This document shows, one piece after another, positions 49,192 through 57,711 of a stretch of 64,000 nt of DNA (positions are counted from its first letter, which is position 1; every line of letters starts with the position of its first letter). Location of the stretch: IMG/VR virus record IMGVR_UViG_3300048592_001391, positions 1,513 through 65,512 of that record; one strand, 5' to 3'. Under the pieces are notes generated by a model. That model did not search any database and was not told where the DNA came from. It saw nothing but the letters and a program-made list of their open reading frames with translations. The stretch comes from a virus (taxonomy: Duplodnaviria > Caudoviricetes). A program made the position numbers and the translations under genes.

Positions 49192-49448
49192 GTCACATCT
49201 CCGCCGTCGAACGCCACATGGTCAATGACCATGTTTGCCAATTGCAACGGCCGTAGCAGCACCTCAACGGCCGTATGGGGCGGGAACTCCTCCATAACGC
49301 CGCTGGTAGCTTGTGGTTGACGAAAGATGACCGGCACTTTCCGGTCGAATAGTTGCAGGGTTGTCACCCCGATACGGCCGTCGGTCAGCCGAACAATCGA
49401 GTTGGGCTGGGCCTGGCCTATCGTGGTGTACTCGGTAATCAGTTGCAT
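49176..49448 (-). CDS. hypothetical protein
   Basis: SD GAGGAGG. Confidence 0.55.
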   Translation of the reverse strand: MQLITEYTTIGQAQPNSIVRLTDGRIGVTTLQLFDRKVPVIFRQPQATSGVMEEFPPHTAVEVLLRPLQLANMVIDHVAFDGGDVTWQQE

Positions 49449-49498
49449 AGTTGCCTCCTCGGAACACTGTGGAACAGTGTACTGGTAAAAAGAAACGG

Positions 49499-49882
49499 CT
49501 ACTCGTACCGCGAACGAATGGCGGCAATATGATCCTCGATTGTGGGGATGCGCTCCATCATACTGCCTGTGCGAGTATGCCGCTGGTGGAAAGTCAATCG
49601 CAGATAACGGGGCGCGGCTGGCTCGACCGTCATGCGCAACATCCGGTCATGCGACAGCACGACCAAGGCTGTCAGGTGGTCGCTATCAAAGGTGGACAGC
49701 GACCCGCGCAGGGTAATATCAATAAAGAACGGGTGATGCCAGTCCACACGCTTCAGAGCGCCAGAATCCAAATGATAGATGCCCGCCCACACGTCACCCA
49801 GCAGGTCTGCTACGGCCGTGCCTAATGGCGACATCCCGACTGAAAACTCTTTCTTGATCCACTCGGAGCCTGAGTATTTCAT
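49499..49882 (-). CDS. conserved phage hypothetical protein
   Basis: GIYHL...LSTFDSDHLTALVVLSHDRMLR. Confidence 0.65.
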   Translation of the reverse strand: MKYSGSEWIKKEFSVGMSPLGTAVADLLGDVWAGIYHLDSGALKRVDWHHPFFIDITLRGSLSTFDSDHLTALVVLSHDRMLRMTVEPAAPRYLRLTFHQRHTRTGSMMERIPTIEDHIAAIRSRYE

Positions 49883-49895
49883 GATTCCCCCTGCC

Positions 49896-50135
49896 CTACT
49901 CGCTCATACGAATACACCACGCGCTTTGCCTGCTTACTCTTGTCTGGAAATGAACGGCGACTGGCTCAGAGCCAAACCCGGCCACCGTCTCGGCCCCACA
50001 TCCGGGTCACTGCCATAAGTCTGCATCCCAAATCTTGTATGGTTCGGGCGGATTGCTGAACATCTCTACCACACAAACGCCACTCGTCTCGATCTTCAAC
50101 TCGACCTGGCACTTCACACAAATCATCTTTGGCAC
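49896..50135 (-). pseudogene. Zn-ribbon protein gene with in-frame TGA at a Cys position (pseudogene or recoded)
   Basis: SD AGGAGG, GTG 50135: MPKMICVKCQ...DADLWQ-TGA(50007-50009)-PGCGAETVAGFG...TAG 49896. Confidence 0.6.
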
Positions 50136-50146
50136 AATCGCCTCCT

Positions 50147-50196
50147 ACAAACAAAACGGCGGGGATTGTTGCCGTCTAAGCAACAGTCCCCGCCGT
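50147..50196 (-). terminator. intrinsic terminator
   Basis: 17-bp near-perfect stem ACGGCGGGGACTGTTGC/GCAACAATCCCCGCCGT then TTTGTTT. Confidence 0.7.
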
Positions 50197-50200
50197 ACAC

Positions 50201-50416
50201 TCAACCAACGCCAGCAAAAGCTACTTCACGCGACACGGCCGTAAGCTCACCCTTCACGAACCGATCCATTACCATCTGCCCCGGTCGCCACGGGTAGCCA
50301 TCGGCATCCCGCGCCAACTCCAGGCACTCGTCGCAGCCAAGCCGAACGGCTACCACCCCGTTGACGCCTGGCTCAAACCCTTTCCCGCACTGCGGACAAA
50401 CCACCATACGCTTCAT
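50201..50416 (-). CDS. small Zn-finger-like protein
   Basis: SD AAGGAG; MKRMVVCPQCG...CDEC. Confidence 0.55.
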   Translation of the reverse strand: MKRMVVCPQCGKGFEPGVNGVVAVRLGCDECLELARDADGYPWRPGQMVMDRFVKGELTAVSREVAFAGVG

Positions 50417-50581
50417 CTCACACTCCTTGTTGCGTAACGGAACATCATGGAACGGCCGTAACGCAAAAATAACACGAATGCGGAAAGAGAACAAACGTTT
50501 GGTCTTGTGAATTTTTAGCTTAGTTGGGTTCATCATGCCGCATTCCTTTGATAAAATCGGTGGAACCACCACCAGAACAAT

Positions 50582-50610
50582 AGTTTACCACATGCGTAAT
50601 ACCATTGCAA
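50582..50610 (-). promoter_or_regulatory. sigma70 promoter overlapped by an SOS-box-like site
   Basis: TTGCAA-17-TAAACT with extended TG; GAAC-AATA-GTTT at 50575-50586; second box AGAACAAACGTTTG at 50488-50501. Confidence 0.7.
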
Positions 50611-50637
50611 ACTATTGCCTCGATTAAATCAGGCAGG

Positions 50638-50856
50638 TTACGCAGGTCTTTTGGCCTTCTTACTCATGTAAACCCGCCGTACTTTTTTTTTGAACTTGTC
50701 TCGCTGCTGTTTGGTGTAGCCTACGTGGTATGCACCGCACGTCGGGCACATATACACATTCGGCCGTACTCCGCCATTCCGATCTGCCAATGAAGCGGCA
50801 TGGAAATCGGCGCTGCCCATTGTCGCGTGTCTCACCTTCCCTTTGCACTCACTCAT
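50638..50856 (-). CDS. small basic Zn-binding phage protein
   Basis: MSECKGKVRH...YMCPTCGAYHVG. Confidence 0.6.
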   Translation of the reverse strand: MSECKGKVRHATMGSADFHAASLADRNGGVRPNVYMCPTCGAYHVGYTKQQRDKFKKKVRRVYMSKKAKRPA

Positions 50857-52045
50857 CGTTCTTCTCCAATGGGTCACGGCCGACAGCGGCCACAACCTCC
50901 TGCCAGAACTGAACCAAATTATCTCGCCCCGATACGGCCGTCCGCTTTGCCAGCAGGTCCGCCCGTTCCGGCGCATACCATTCCACCCACCCGCACAGCA
51001 CCGACCGAATCATCCAGCGGTCAACGGCCGTCTCCCGCCCCGCATGGAACCGGGCAATGCCCCGCACCAGGCCGGGGAAGCGGTCGGCGTGTTCTTGCCA
51101 GTTGGCAAAGATACGGCCGTCTGCCGCGTCATACACCACAGCGGAAAGCTCCGGGCGCTGTTGTAGCAGTGGGGTAATCTCATCCCGCTTGTGCAAGAAC
51201 TGGTAACGGTAAGCGCAGCGGCGGCGTTCTTCGTTCCGCAGCTTGTCCACATGCCACATGGGGATGCCAACCGCCCGCGCCAGAACAAGGAACGCATCCC
51301 CGTCTACGCTCCAATCCAGCGGCGTGTACCCGCCCTTACCGGAGAAGACACGGAAGGCCATCGCGTCAGAGCGCAGCACCCGCCAATTGTTCCAGCGCAC
51401 GGCCGGTAAGCGTCCCCGGTAGATGTTCATGGTCACGGTACGGCCGTCCACCCCATGCCAGCGGGCCACCTGCCCCACCGACCACCACGCATCATCCCAC
51501 TGCGCCATGCGCACGGAGATCATGCGGCGCAGAGATTCGTTCTGGATGCTCTGGAGATTTAGCACGAACACAAAGTTCTCCGGTCGCAGAATCCAGCGGT
51601 AAAAGATGGGCACATCCACCATGTGAATCCCGGCCACCGTCTCCCGTGCCGGCAGTCCGTATTCGTGGATCAGGCGCTTCACCTTCTTGCCACACCAGCC
51701 CATCATGTCGCCCACTGCCCGCGCCGATAGTTCCCGATGCGGCGCCACTTTGGTGGGAGCAGGTACGCCAAAGCGCATACGGCGAATCTTCACCGCATCT
51801 TTCGAGCGCCCCAACCGCTGCCCCAACTCATCATTGGACAGGTGGGCGTTTTGCCGGAGATAGGACATCTCGGCGGGCGTCCAGGGCGTGTTGCGCCCCG
51901 TCTGCTGGTAGGCAGTCTGATGCCGCTCCACCAGCGCCTTGCTTCCTCGCGCTGCCACCAGTGCCGGGGCTATGCCAGACTCCAACTGGCCGATGGTAAT
52001 GGCCTCTTCCAAGAACGAATCATCCAACACGCTCCACGCACTCAT
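50849..52045 (-). CDS. multi-HTH DNA-binding protein
   Basis: WTPAEMSYL..ELGQRLGRSKDAVK, SARAVGDMMG, SVGQVARWHGV. Confidence 0.65.
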   Translation of the reverse strand: MSAWSVLDDSFLEEAITIGQLESGIAPALVAARGSKALVERHQTAYQQTGRNTPWTPAEMSYLRQNAHLSNDELGQRLGRSKDAVKIRRMRFGVPAPTKVAPHRELSARAVGDMMGWCGKKVKRLIHEYGLPARETVAGIHMVDVPIFYRWILRPENFVFVLNLQSIQNESLRRMISVRMAQWDDAWWSVGQVARWHGVDGRTVTMNIYRGRLPAVRWNNWRVLRSDAMAFRVFSGKGGYTPLDWSVDGDAFLVLARAVGIPMWHVDKLRNEERRRCAYRYQFLHKRDEITPLLQQRPELSAVVYDAADGRIFANWQEHADRFPGLVRGIARFHAGRETAVDRWMIRSVLCGWVEWYAPERADLLAKRTAVSGRDNLVQFWQEVVAAVGRDPLEKNDE

Positions 52046-53004
52046 CCCGGAACCTCCATCATGAAGTGCAACTTGCGCAGCATTTGCGGCAATGGGCATT
52101 GGCGGCAAGTGACGGCCGAACGACGGCCGTCCTGATCCTGAATACACCGCTTGCATGTCTGGCCAACAGACTCCATGAACACATGCCAACCCGGCTCCGC
52201 CACCCCCACCGGCGCTACCTGACAAGCCGAGCACGTCCGGTTCGCGGCGAAACGAATCGAGCTATCCCATCCCAAGGGAACATCATGCGCCGGGGGAGCG
52301 CCCAACCCAAAGGCCAGCGCCACAGCCGGTACGGCCGTCTCGCCATCATCAATCTGCTGGTCAAGCACCCGGTCTATGGCCGCTTCCACTGTCTGCACAA
52401 TCGTCTTGATGGTCGCGCCTTTCTCGGCAAACTTGGTGGCAAACTTGATCTGCAACTCCGCAGTAGGTAGACGGTTCAACGCTTGCGGAACCGAATGGGT
52501 GAGAGGCAAGCGGCGCATCGCGGCAAGCTGCTGCACTTCCTCGGGCAGTTCCAGCCAGGCCAGCGCCCCATTGACATATTGATTGTGCTTGCCGGTCAGG
52601 GCACACAGCTTTACCCTGCTCATCGGCTTCCCGTCATGCTCCATCTGAAGCATCGCGGCAAAGGCGCGGGCTTCTTCGATGACCGTCAGGTTTTGCCGTT
52701 TGTCGTTCTCCTCGTACTGCACAAGGAACGTTTCCAGCGGCGTCCGCTCTATCTCGCCGCCATTGCGTACCACCGCCTGTACCGTAGGCAACCCGGCCAA
52801 CTGGCAAGCCCGCCAGCGCCGCTCACCGTGTACCAACTGGTAACGGCCGTCATCGGTCGGCACAACTTCCACCGGCTGGAGCTGGCCGTACTGCTTAATG
52901 GAATCGGCTAACGCTTGCAGGGCATCGCCGTCAAAGTGTTGGCGCGGCTGATTGGGATCGGGGTCAATCAGGGCCACATGGATTTGTTTCAATAAGTCGT
53001 TCAC
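52042..53004 (-). CDS. ParB/RepB/Spo0J family protein
   Basis: PDPNQPRQHF, LADSIKQYGQLQP, GERRWRA, ENDKRQNL..IEEA; Cys-rich C-terminus. Confidence 0.9.
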   Translation of the reverse strand: MNDLLKQIHVALIDPDPNQPRQHFDGDALQALADSIKQYGQLQPVEVVPTDDGRYQLVHGERRWRACQLAGLPTVQAVVRNGGEIERTPLETFLVQYEENDKRQNLTVIEEARAFAAMLQMEHDGKPMSRVKLCALTGKHNQYVNGALAWLELPEEVQQLAAMRRLPLTHSVPQALNRLPTAELQIKFATKFAEKGATIKTIVQTVEAAIDRVLDQQIDDGETAVPAVALAFGLGAPPAHDVPLGWDSSIRFAANRTCSACQVAPVGVAEPGWHVFMESVGQTCKRCIQDQDGRRSAVTCRQCPLPQMLRKLHFMMEVPG

Positions 53005-53366
53005 AGTAGTTCCTCCAATAGTTCGCTGGCCCACTCCACATTGGCATGGGCCGCAAGGTGACGTTGATAATTACTGCCGGTCACGGCAATCTCCTTGCCG
53101 CACTCAGGGCAGGAAGCAATCCGGCTAATGCGTTGATACGGCCGTCCGGTGCGCTCATTGCACAGGGCAGAGGTACGCAGGGCATCCTCCCGCCGCTGCT
53201 GCACCAGGCGTTCCAAATCCACTCGGGCAACAGCCTTGTAGCCAAATAGCTCATGGATGGTCACGCCGTAAGCCGCCACCGTACTCCACACAGCATTGGC
53301 GGAGACACCCAAGGCGCGGGCTACTTCTCCACTTGTTGCATAATCTGCAATAGTTGAGCTAGGCAT
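53001..53366 (-). CDS. HTH plus C2H2-like zinc finger protein
   Basis: SGEVARALGVS, CPECGK...HLAAH. Confidence 0.6.
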   Translation of the reverse strand: MPSSTIADYATSGEVARALGVSANAVWSTVAAYGVTIHELFGYKAVARVDLERLVQQRREDALRTSALCNERTGRPYQRISRIASCPECGKEIAVTGSNYQRHLAAHANVEWASELLEELL

Positions 53367-54399
53367 AAGCAACCTCCGCTTTGTAGACGGGCGCAGGTTC
53401 GCCGAACAATCCCAACTGCTTGCCAGCGGCCGGGCCGTCAAAGCTGTAACGCGGCGCTTGCTTGATTGCTTCGGTTAGCTGCTCGACAACGGCCGTATCG
53501 CCGTTCTTGTGCGCTTCCCGGACTGGCTCGTATACCGGCTTCCAGTTGTCGGGCACACGGGCGGCAAAGTCGGCGTCGTTCATCATCAGGATGCAATCAA
53601 CCCAGGCTCCATTTAGCCCGTACAGCATCAGGTTCACCTGCGCCATACGCACACAGGTAAAATCAATGTCTTGCCCAAAGAACTGGATAAGGCCGGAGTG
53701 AATCGCCCATGAGGGATAGCAAGCGGCCGTCGCCAAAAGCATCGCGCCGCTGCCCACTGCCGGGTCGTAGACGGCAATTGGATCAATCGCGCCTGATTCC
53801 ATCAGGGGAGCCAGCAGGGTCATCATGGCAATGTACTGCGCTTGCGGGTCGGTCTGGCCTAGCGCCCTACCCAACCGCGCATAGAGCATCATCTGATCCA
53901 ATGGCTCCATGCGGCGGGCTACCCGGTAGATGCGCTCCAGGGCGTCAGCACGGCCGTCTAGCACCGTCATCTCGGCCATCATGCGGCAAATGTGCATGGG
54001 CGTGAAGAACTGCCCGGCGCGGCTGTTGGCGTAGGCGAAGTCCATGTAGACTGCGCCCAACACATCCTCGTAGCCGGTAGACGCCGCTTCCATCAGGATT
54101 GCCGCCGCCCGAAAGAACACTTGCAGGGTGTCGCTGCTGTTACGGCCGTTCCACCCATAAGTCGTGTCCAGCCGCGTCAGGTTCGCCACATCCTCGGGGT
54201 CAGGGGTGAACTCCTGCCCCACCAACTCACACGCCGTCTTCCGCTCGGTCTCCTTGAGCAAGAAGTAGGTGAAGGACAGCCAGTCCTCAAAGAGCGTATG
54301 CGGCTGTTGGGCATAGCACAGTGGTTCCAGCAGCCGGATGATCCGCTCGGCGTAGAATCGGGCTGGCTGCTTGCCATTGATGGTTACAATTTCGTCCAT
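53359..54399 (-). CDS. N-6 DNA methylase (HsdM-like), lacking the catalytic NPPF motif
   Basis: AGQFFTP, YDPAVGSGAML, GQDIDFTCVRMAQVNL. Confidence 0.75.
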   Translation of the reverse strand: MDEIVTINGKQPARFYAERIIRLLEPLCYAQQPHTLFEDWLSFTYFLLKETERKTACELVGQEFTPDPEDVANLTRLDTTYGWNGRNSSDTLQVFFRAAAILMEAASTGYEDVLGAVYMDFAYANSRAGQFFTPMHICRMMAEMTVLDGRADALERIYRVARRMEPLDQMMLYARLGRALGQTDPQAQYIAMMTLLAPLMESGAIDPIAVYDPAVGSGAMLLATAACYPSWAIHSGLIQFFGQDIDFTCVRMAQVNLMLYGLNGAWVDCILMMNDADFAARVPDNWKPVYEPVREAHKNGDTAVVEQLTEAIKQAPRYSFDGPAAGKQLGLFGEPAPVYKAEVAYA

Positions 54400-54457
54400 A
54401 AGTACCTCCTTGGTTGGCTTGCGGAACGACCCGGAACGGCCGTTCCGCAACAAAAAA

Positions 54458-55042
54458 TCAGACCTCGATTACATTGAACTTCACATGGGGCGCAGTCATC
54501 ACCCGGCTATGGGGGCAAAGATGCGTTTGCAACCCGCCCTCCGTGAGAACATTTAAGTACACCGCGCCGGTTGCACCACACCCAATACAGGTGTACCCGT
54601 CCATGTCCATTAACCGCTCTGGCTCCACACGTAAGGCGGAACGGCCGTGCCACAGGAATATCTCGCCCTGGGGAATGACGGCAAAGGGAGCCTCTATCAC
54701 CACATCCCGCTGGACTATTTTCGGCACTAGCTGCTCACAGCGGGTAATGGCGGCGTAGACGGCTTCGGGCGCGGTGTTGTAGTGGTACTCCAGGCCGCGC
54801 AGAATGCTGAACGCAGTGGCCTTCTGGTTGTTGTGCCGCATGGTCACATCTTCGACGAGCGCCATGTACCAACGGCCGTTGCCCTCGGGGTGGTTGCAGA
54901 ATGCACCCGGCTTCTTCTTGTTGTAGACGGGGCCATTGTCGGCCGTTGCCAGCATCCCGAAGGTGAACAGAGTTGGTAAGTTACCGTCAGTGGTCAGGCG
55001 CGTCGGGCTGTTGGGTGTTGGTGTGGGTTTCAGGTAGATCAT
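54458..55042 (-). CDS. hypothetical protein
   Basis: MIYLKPTP start; CIGC..CPH. Confidence 0.55.
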   Translation of the reverse strand: MIYLKPTPTPNSPTRLTTDGNLPTLFTFGMLATADNGPVYNKKKPGAFCNHPEGNGRWYMALVEDVTMRHNNQKATAFSILRGLEYHYNTAPEAVYAAITRCEQLVPKIVQRDVVIEAPFAVIPQGEIFLWHGRSALRVEPERLMDMDGYTCIGCGATGAVYLNVLTEGGLQTHLCPHSRVMTAPHVKFNVIEV

Positions 55043-55284
55043 GATACACCGCCAAAGAGAGATGGTTGAGGCGCAGCCTCGACCGGCTTGGGGCAGGTGC
55101 AGCCCCACTTCATCGTGCGTACCTGCTCATTGGGCACGGTGCGAATGGTCAGGCCAGCAACCGCACACTCCACAATCTCGCGCTTGGCATCCCGGTCAAT
55201 GACGGCCGTGATGAACTGCATCCCGTCGCAGGTTGGGCATGTGGCGACTATTGCTGTTTTGTCCAAGTGGGTAGGCTTACTCAT
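55039..55284 (-). CDS. hypothetical Cys-containing protein
   Basis: ATGA overlaps; ends QPSLFGGVS. Confidence 0.5.
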   Translation of the reverse strand: MSKPTHLDKTAIVATCPTCDGMQFITAVIDRDAKREIVECAVAGLTIRTVPNEQVRTMKWGCTCPKPVEAAPQPSLFGGVS

Positions 55285-55763
55285 TGTCCCGCTCCCGTCG
55301 CACAGAACGACGACCGCACAGCGTACCATTGGTACTGCTGGGCATATCCCTGATACTCCGAATGAGGCACTTCAATCTCGGTCGCAGATGTCAGGTACGG
55401 CATGATGCCTTCCCGATACAGTTTGCCCGCCATGAGATGTACCTTCCCCAACTTCTTATCACCCATGATCCACAAGGCGTCTTCCAGACTGTTCCACACC
55501 CGCCGCCCCCATGCTGGCAGGTCTCGCTTCTTTAGCTCCTGCTCATAGGGCGCCACTGTGTCAATGCTGGTCAGCAGGCCATGTTTGGCCGACAGGACAA
55601 AGATTTGGCGGTCTGGCAGCTTGAGGCAGTGCCGCGCATAGCGCAACTGAGCGGTAAACAATGGGCCGGTGTATAGTTCCAGCGCCGGGATACGCTCGTA
55701 CAAGTCCGGTGGGCTTTTCTTGCTCTTGCTACAGGCAATGAGCGCAATGTCTACTTGGTTCAT
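55281..55763 (-). CDS. DUF6884-like protein
   Basis: LIACSKSK, PALELYTGPLF, VLSAKHGL, APYEQ, AGKLY. Confidence 0.75.
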   Translation of the reverse strand: MNQVDIALIACSKSKKSPPDLYERIPALELYTGPLFTAQLRYARHCLKLPDRQIFVLSAKHGLLTSIDTVAPYEQELKKRDLPAWGRRVWNSLEDALWIMGDKKLGKVHLMAGKLYREGIMPYLTSATEIEVPHSEYQGYAQQYQWYAVRSSFCATGAGQ

Positions 55764-57055
55764 AGTCCCAACTCCAACTGCGCCGCTTGATAACGGCCGC
55801 GTAATGCGGCAACCTGTGCCGCGTCTGATAAATTAACCGGCAACGGTTCCGGTGGAGGCCAGACCCACAACCCTTCATACGCCGCCAGAATGGAGCGCAG
55901 GTTTGCGGCCATCATCTCGGTCAGGGTGAAGAACGTGTGCGAACGGCGGCGGCGCTTGCCGTCCTTCTCTCTCGGAGCCTCGAAGCTGTGCATGGTAATC
56001 AGGCCGTCTTCGACGTAGGCGAACCGCTCAGAGACGGCATCACTCAGCCACCATGTACCATCTGTCCACACCCGATCCAGCAGCCCCAACCGCCCCAGCC
56101 CGTTGACCACTGCGAAGTTGGCCTGACCCAACAGCCAGAACTGCACGTCCGGGAATAGCTCACAAAGTACGGCCGTAAAAATATGCCGCGCCATCCGATT
56201 GCACTTGCACCCGACCATGCCGCCCAACATCACCTTGCCGTACCGCTCCACCATCATGCGGAAATCCTTGTCCGCCGCCATGACCAGCGCATTGGCAATC
56301 GCTTGCCGTACCATCCGCTCCCGTGCCTCCTCGCCCACAAACCGCTGTGTGCCGTTGAGTGGAATCATGTCGGCGAAGCGCATGGACGCCCAACCGGGCA
56401 ACTGAGCAAACGACAGGTGCGCGTTGTCGTCCCATGTCCAGCGAATGGAGAAGACGGGCCAAAGACGGCCGTCATCGGGGAAGATGTGGCTCATGGCGTC
56501 GAGGGCTTTCAGGGTAGCTTGTCGGTCTGTTGGGTAGTCCCATGCCGCATACCCATCCGGGTCAATGGCCTCAATCGCGGCGGGGTACACATCGAACTCC
56601 ATCGCCCATTGCGGCGCGGTGCGGGTCATCTCGCGGCGATAGCCACAGGAATCGAGGAACAGGGGGAGAGAACGGGTGGCGCGGGAGAAGGTGGATGCAC
56701 GGCCGTTGCGCCATTGGATAGCGCCGGTGTGGGCATAGCCGCCGTTGTCGGTTGGCGCGTAGGGGGTGGTGATGTAGGTGAAGTCGGCGAACCACACCCC
56801 CCGCCGCCAGGCACGACGCGCCGCCATGTCGCCAATGCGTTCGGAGCCATCGGCCAGCGATTCCAAACGGCCGTCGCGCTGGCGCAGGGCATCGGCGGTG
56901 TCCAGGCCACGGCCGTGGGTGTTGGTCGCGTCTGTGTCCGCCGCCATCTGTGCATGGCTCACGCGGTCCAACCCGGCCACCCCCACCGACCCAATCTGGT
57001 GGGCGGTGCGGATGTTATTACGGGTAGACAGGCCGCTAATACCGAATGCACTCAT
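55760..57055 (-). CDS. divergent tRNA-guanine transglycosylase/DpdA-like TIM-barrel protein
   Basis: LFLDSCGY, AAWDYP, WPVF, MLGGMVG, FWLLG, WTDGTWW align with TGT-like motifs; adjacent to DUF6884. Confidence 0.55.
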   Translation of the reverse strand: MSAFGISGLSTRNNIRTAHQIGSVGVAGLDRVSHAQMAADTDATNTHGRGLDTADALRQRDGRLESLADGSERIGDMAARRAWRRGVWFADFTYITTPYAPTDNGGYAHTGAIQWRNGRASTFSRATRSLPLFLDSCGYRREMTRTAPQWAMEFDVYPAAIEAIDPDGYAAWDYPTDRQATLKALDAMSHIFPDDGRLWPVFSIRWTWDDNAHLSFAQLPGWASMRFADMIPLNGTQRFVGEEARERMVRQAIANALVMAADKDFRMMVERYGKVMLGGMVGCKCNRMARHIFTAVLCELFPDVQFWLLGQANFAVVNGLGRLGLLDRVWTDGTWWLSDAVSERFAYVEDGLITMHSFEAPREKDGKRRRRSHTFFTLTEMMAANLRSILAAYEGLWVWPPPEPLPVNLSDAAQVAALRGRYQAAQLELGL

Positions 57056-57456
57056 GCCGCCTCCAACAGAAAGACACGAACGGGATGATTCTGCCGAAAC
57101 ATATCCTCGATCTGCTCGTACTCAATCCAACTAAAATCCTCACCCGCATACTCGGTTGCCAGCAGGTTCGCCCACCACGCATCCACCCGCGCCTTGTGCG
57201 CTTCGGTGGTGATGTAGTGCAACTCCGCCCCGTCCAGATTGCGGTTGAGCGTGATGAGATTCGCGTCACCCGGATCAACGGCCGCAAAGAAAATCCCGCT
57301 CACCCACTCACCCGTCCACGCCAGACCGTACAACGGCCGTGTCGTGTTGAAGATGAGCCAGTCGGCGGGGATAGGCTCACCGGCATGGGTCAAGCTATCA
57401 TGGGGCACGACTGACGGCCGTTGCCCGACTACCTCGATAATCCGGTGATTGCTCAT
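57052..57456 (-). CDS. hypothetical protein
   Basis: Coupled ORF. Confidence 0.55.
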   Translation of the reverse strand: MSNHRIIEVVGQRPSVVPHDSLTHAGEPIPADWLIFNTTRPLYGLAWTGEWVSGIFFAAVDPGDANLITLNRNLDGAELHYITTEAHKARVDAWWANLLATEYAGEDFSWIEYEQIEDMFRQNHPVRVFLLEAA

Positions 57457-57656
57457 TGGTCGAACAGCCCCTTTTGCCCATTGGCGCGAAGCTGCGCGTC
57501 AATCGGAATCTCTTGCGTGTGGGTGCAGTCCGGCCAATTGGGGCAGCCCAGGAACTGCGCCCCGGTGCGTTGGGTAGTCCGCACAATGAGCAAGGTATCA
57601 TGCCCACAGTTGGGGCAACTGATCCCTAGCTCTTTCCCGTTTGCCAATTGTTTCAT
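57453..57656 (-). CDS. topoisomerase-type C4 zinc-ribbon protein
   Basis: CPNCG...FLGCPNWPDCTHT. Confidence 0.8.
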   Translation of the reverse strand: MKQLANGKELGISCPNCGHDTLLIVRTTQRTGAQFLGCPNWPDCTHTQEIPIDAQLRANGQKGLFDQ

Positions 57657-57672
57657 GGGGTCTCCTTGACAG

Positions 57673-57701
57673 GCACGGCCGTTACTCGGGAACGGCCGTG
57701 C
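57673..57701. repeat. intergenic hairpin of two ACGGCCGT units
   Basis: GCACGGCCGTT-actcggg-AACGGCCGTGC. Confidence 0.75.
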
Positions 57702-57711
57702 AATATGCAGA

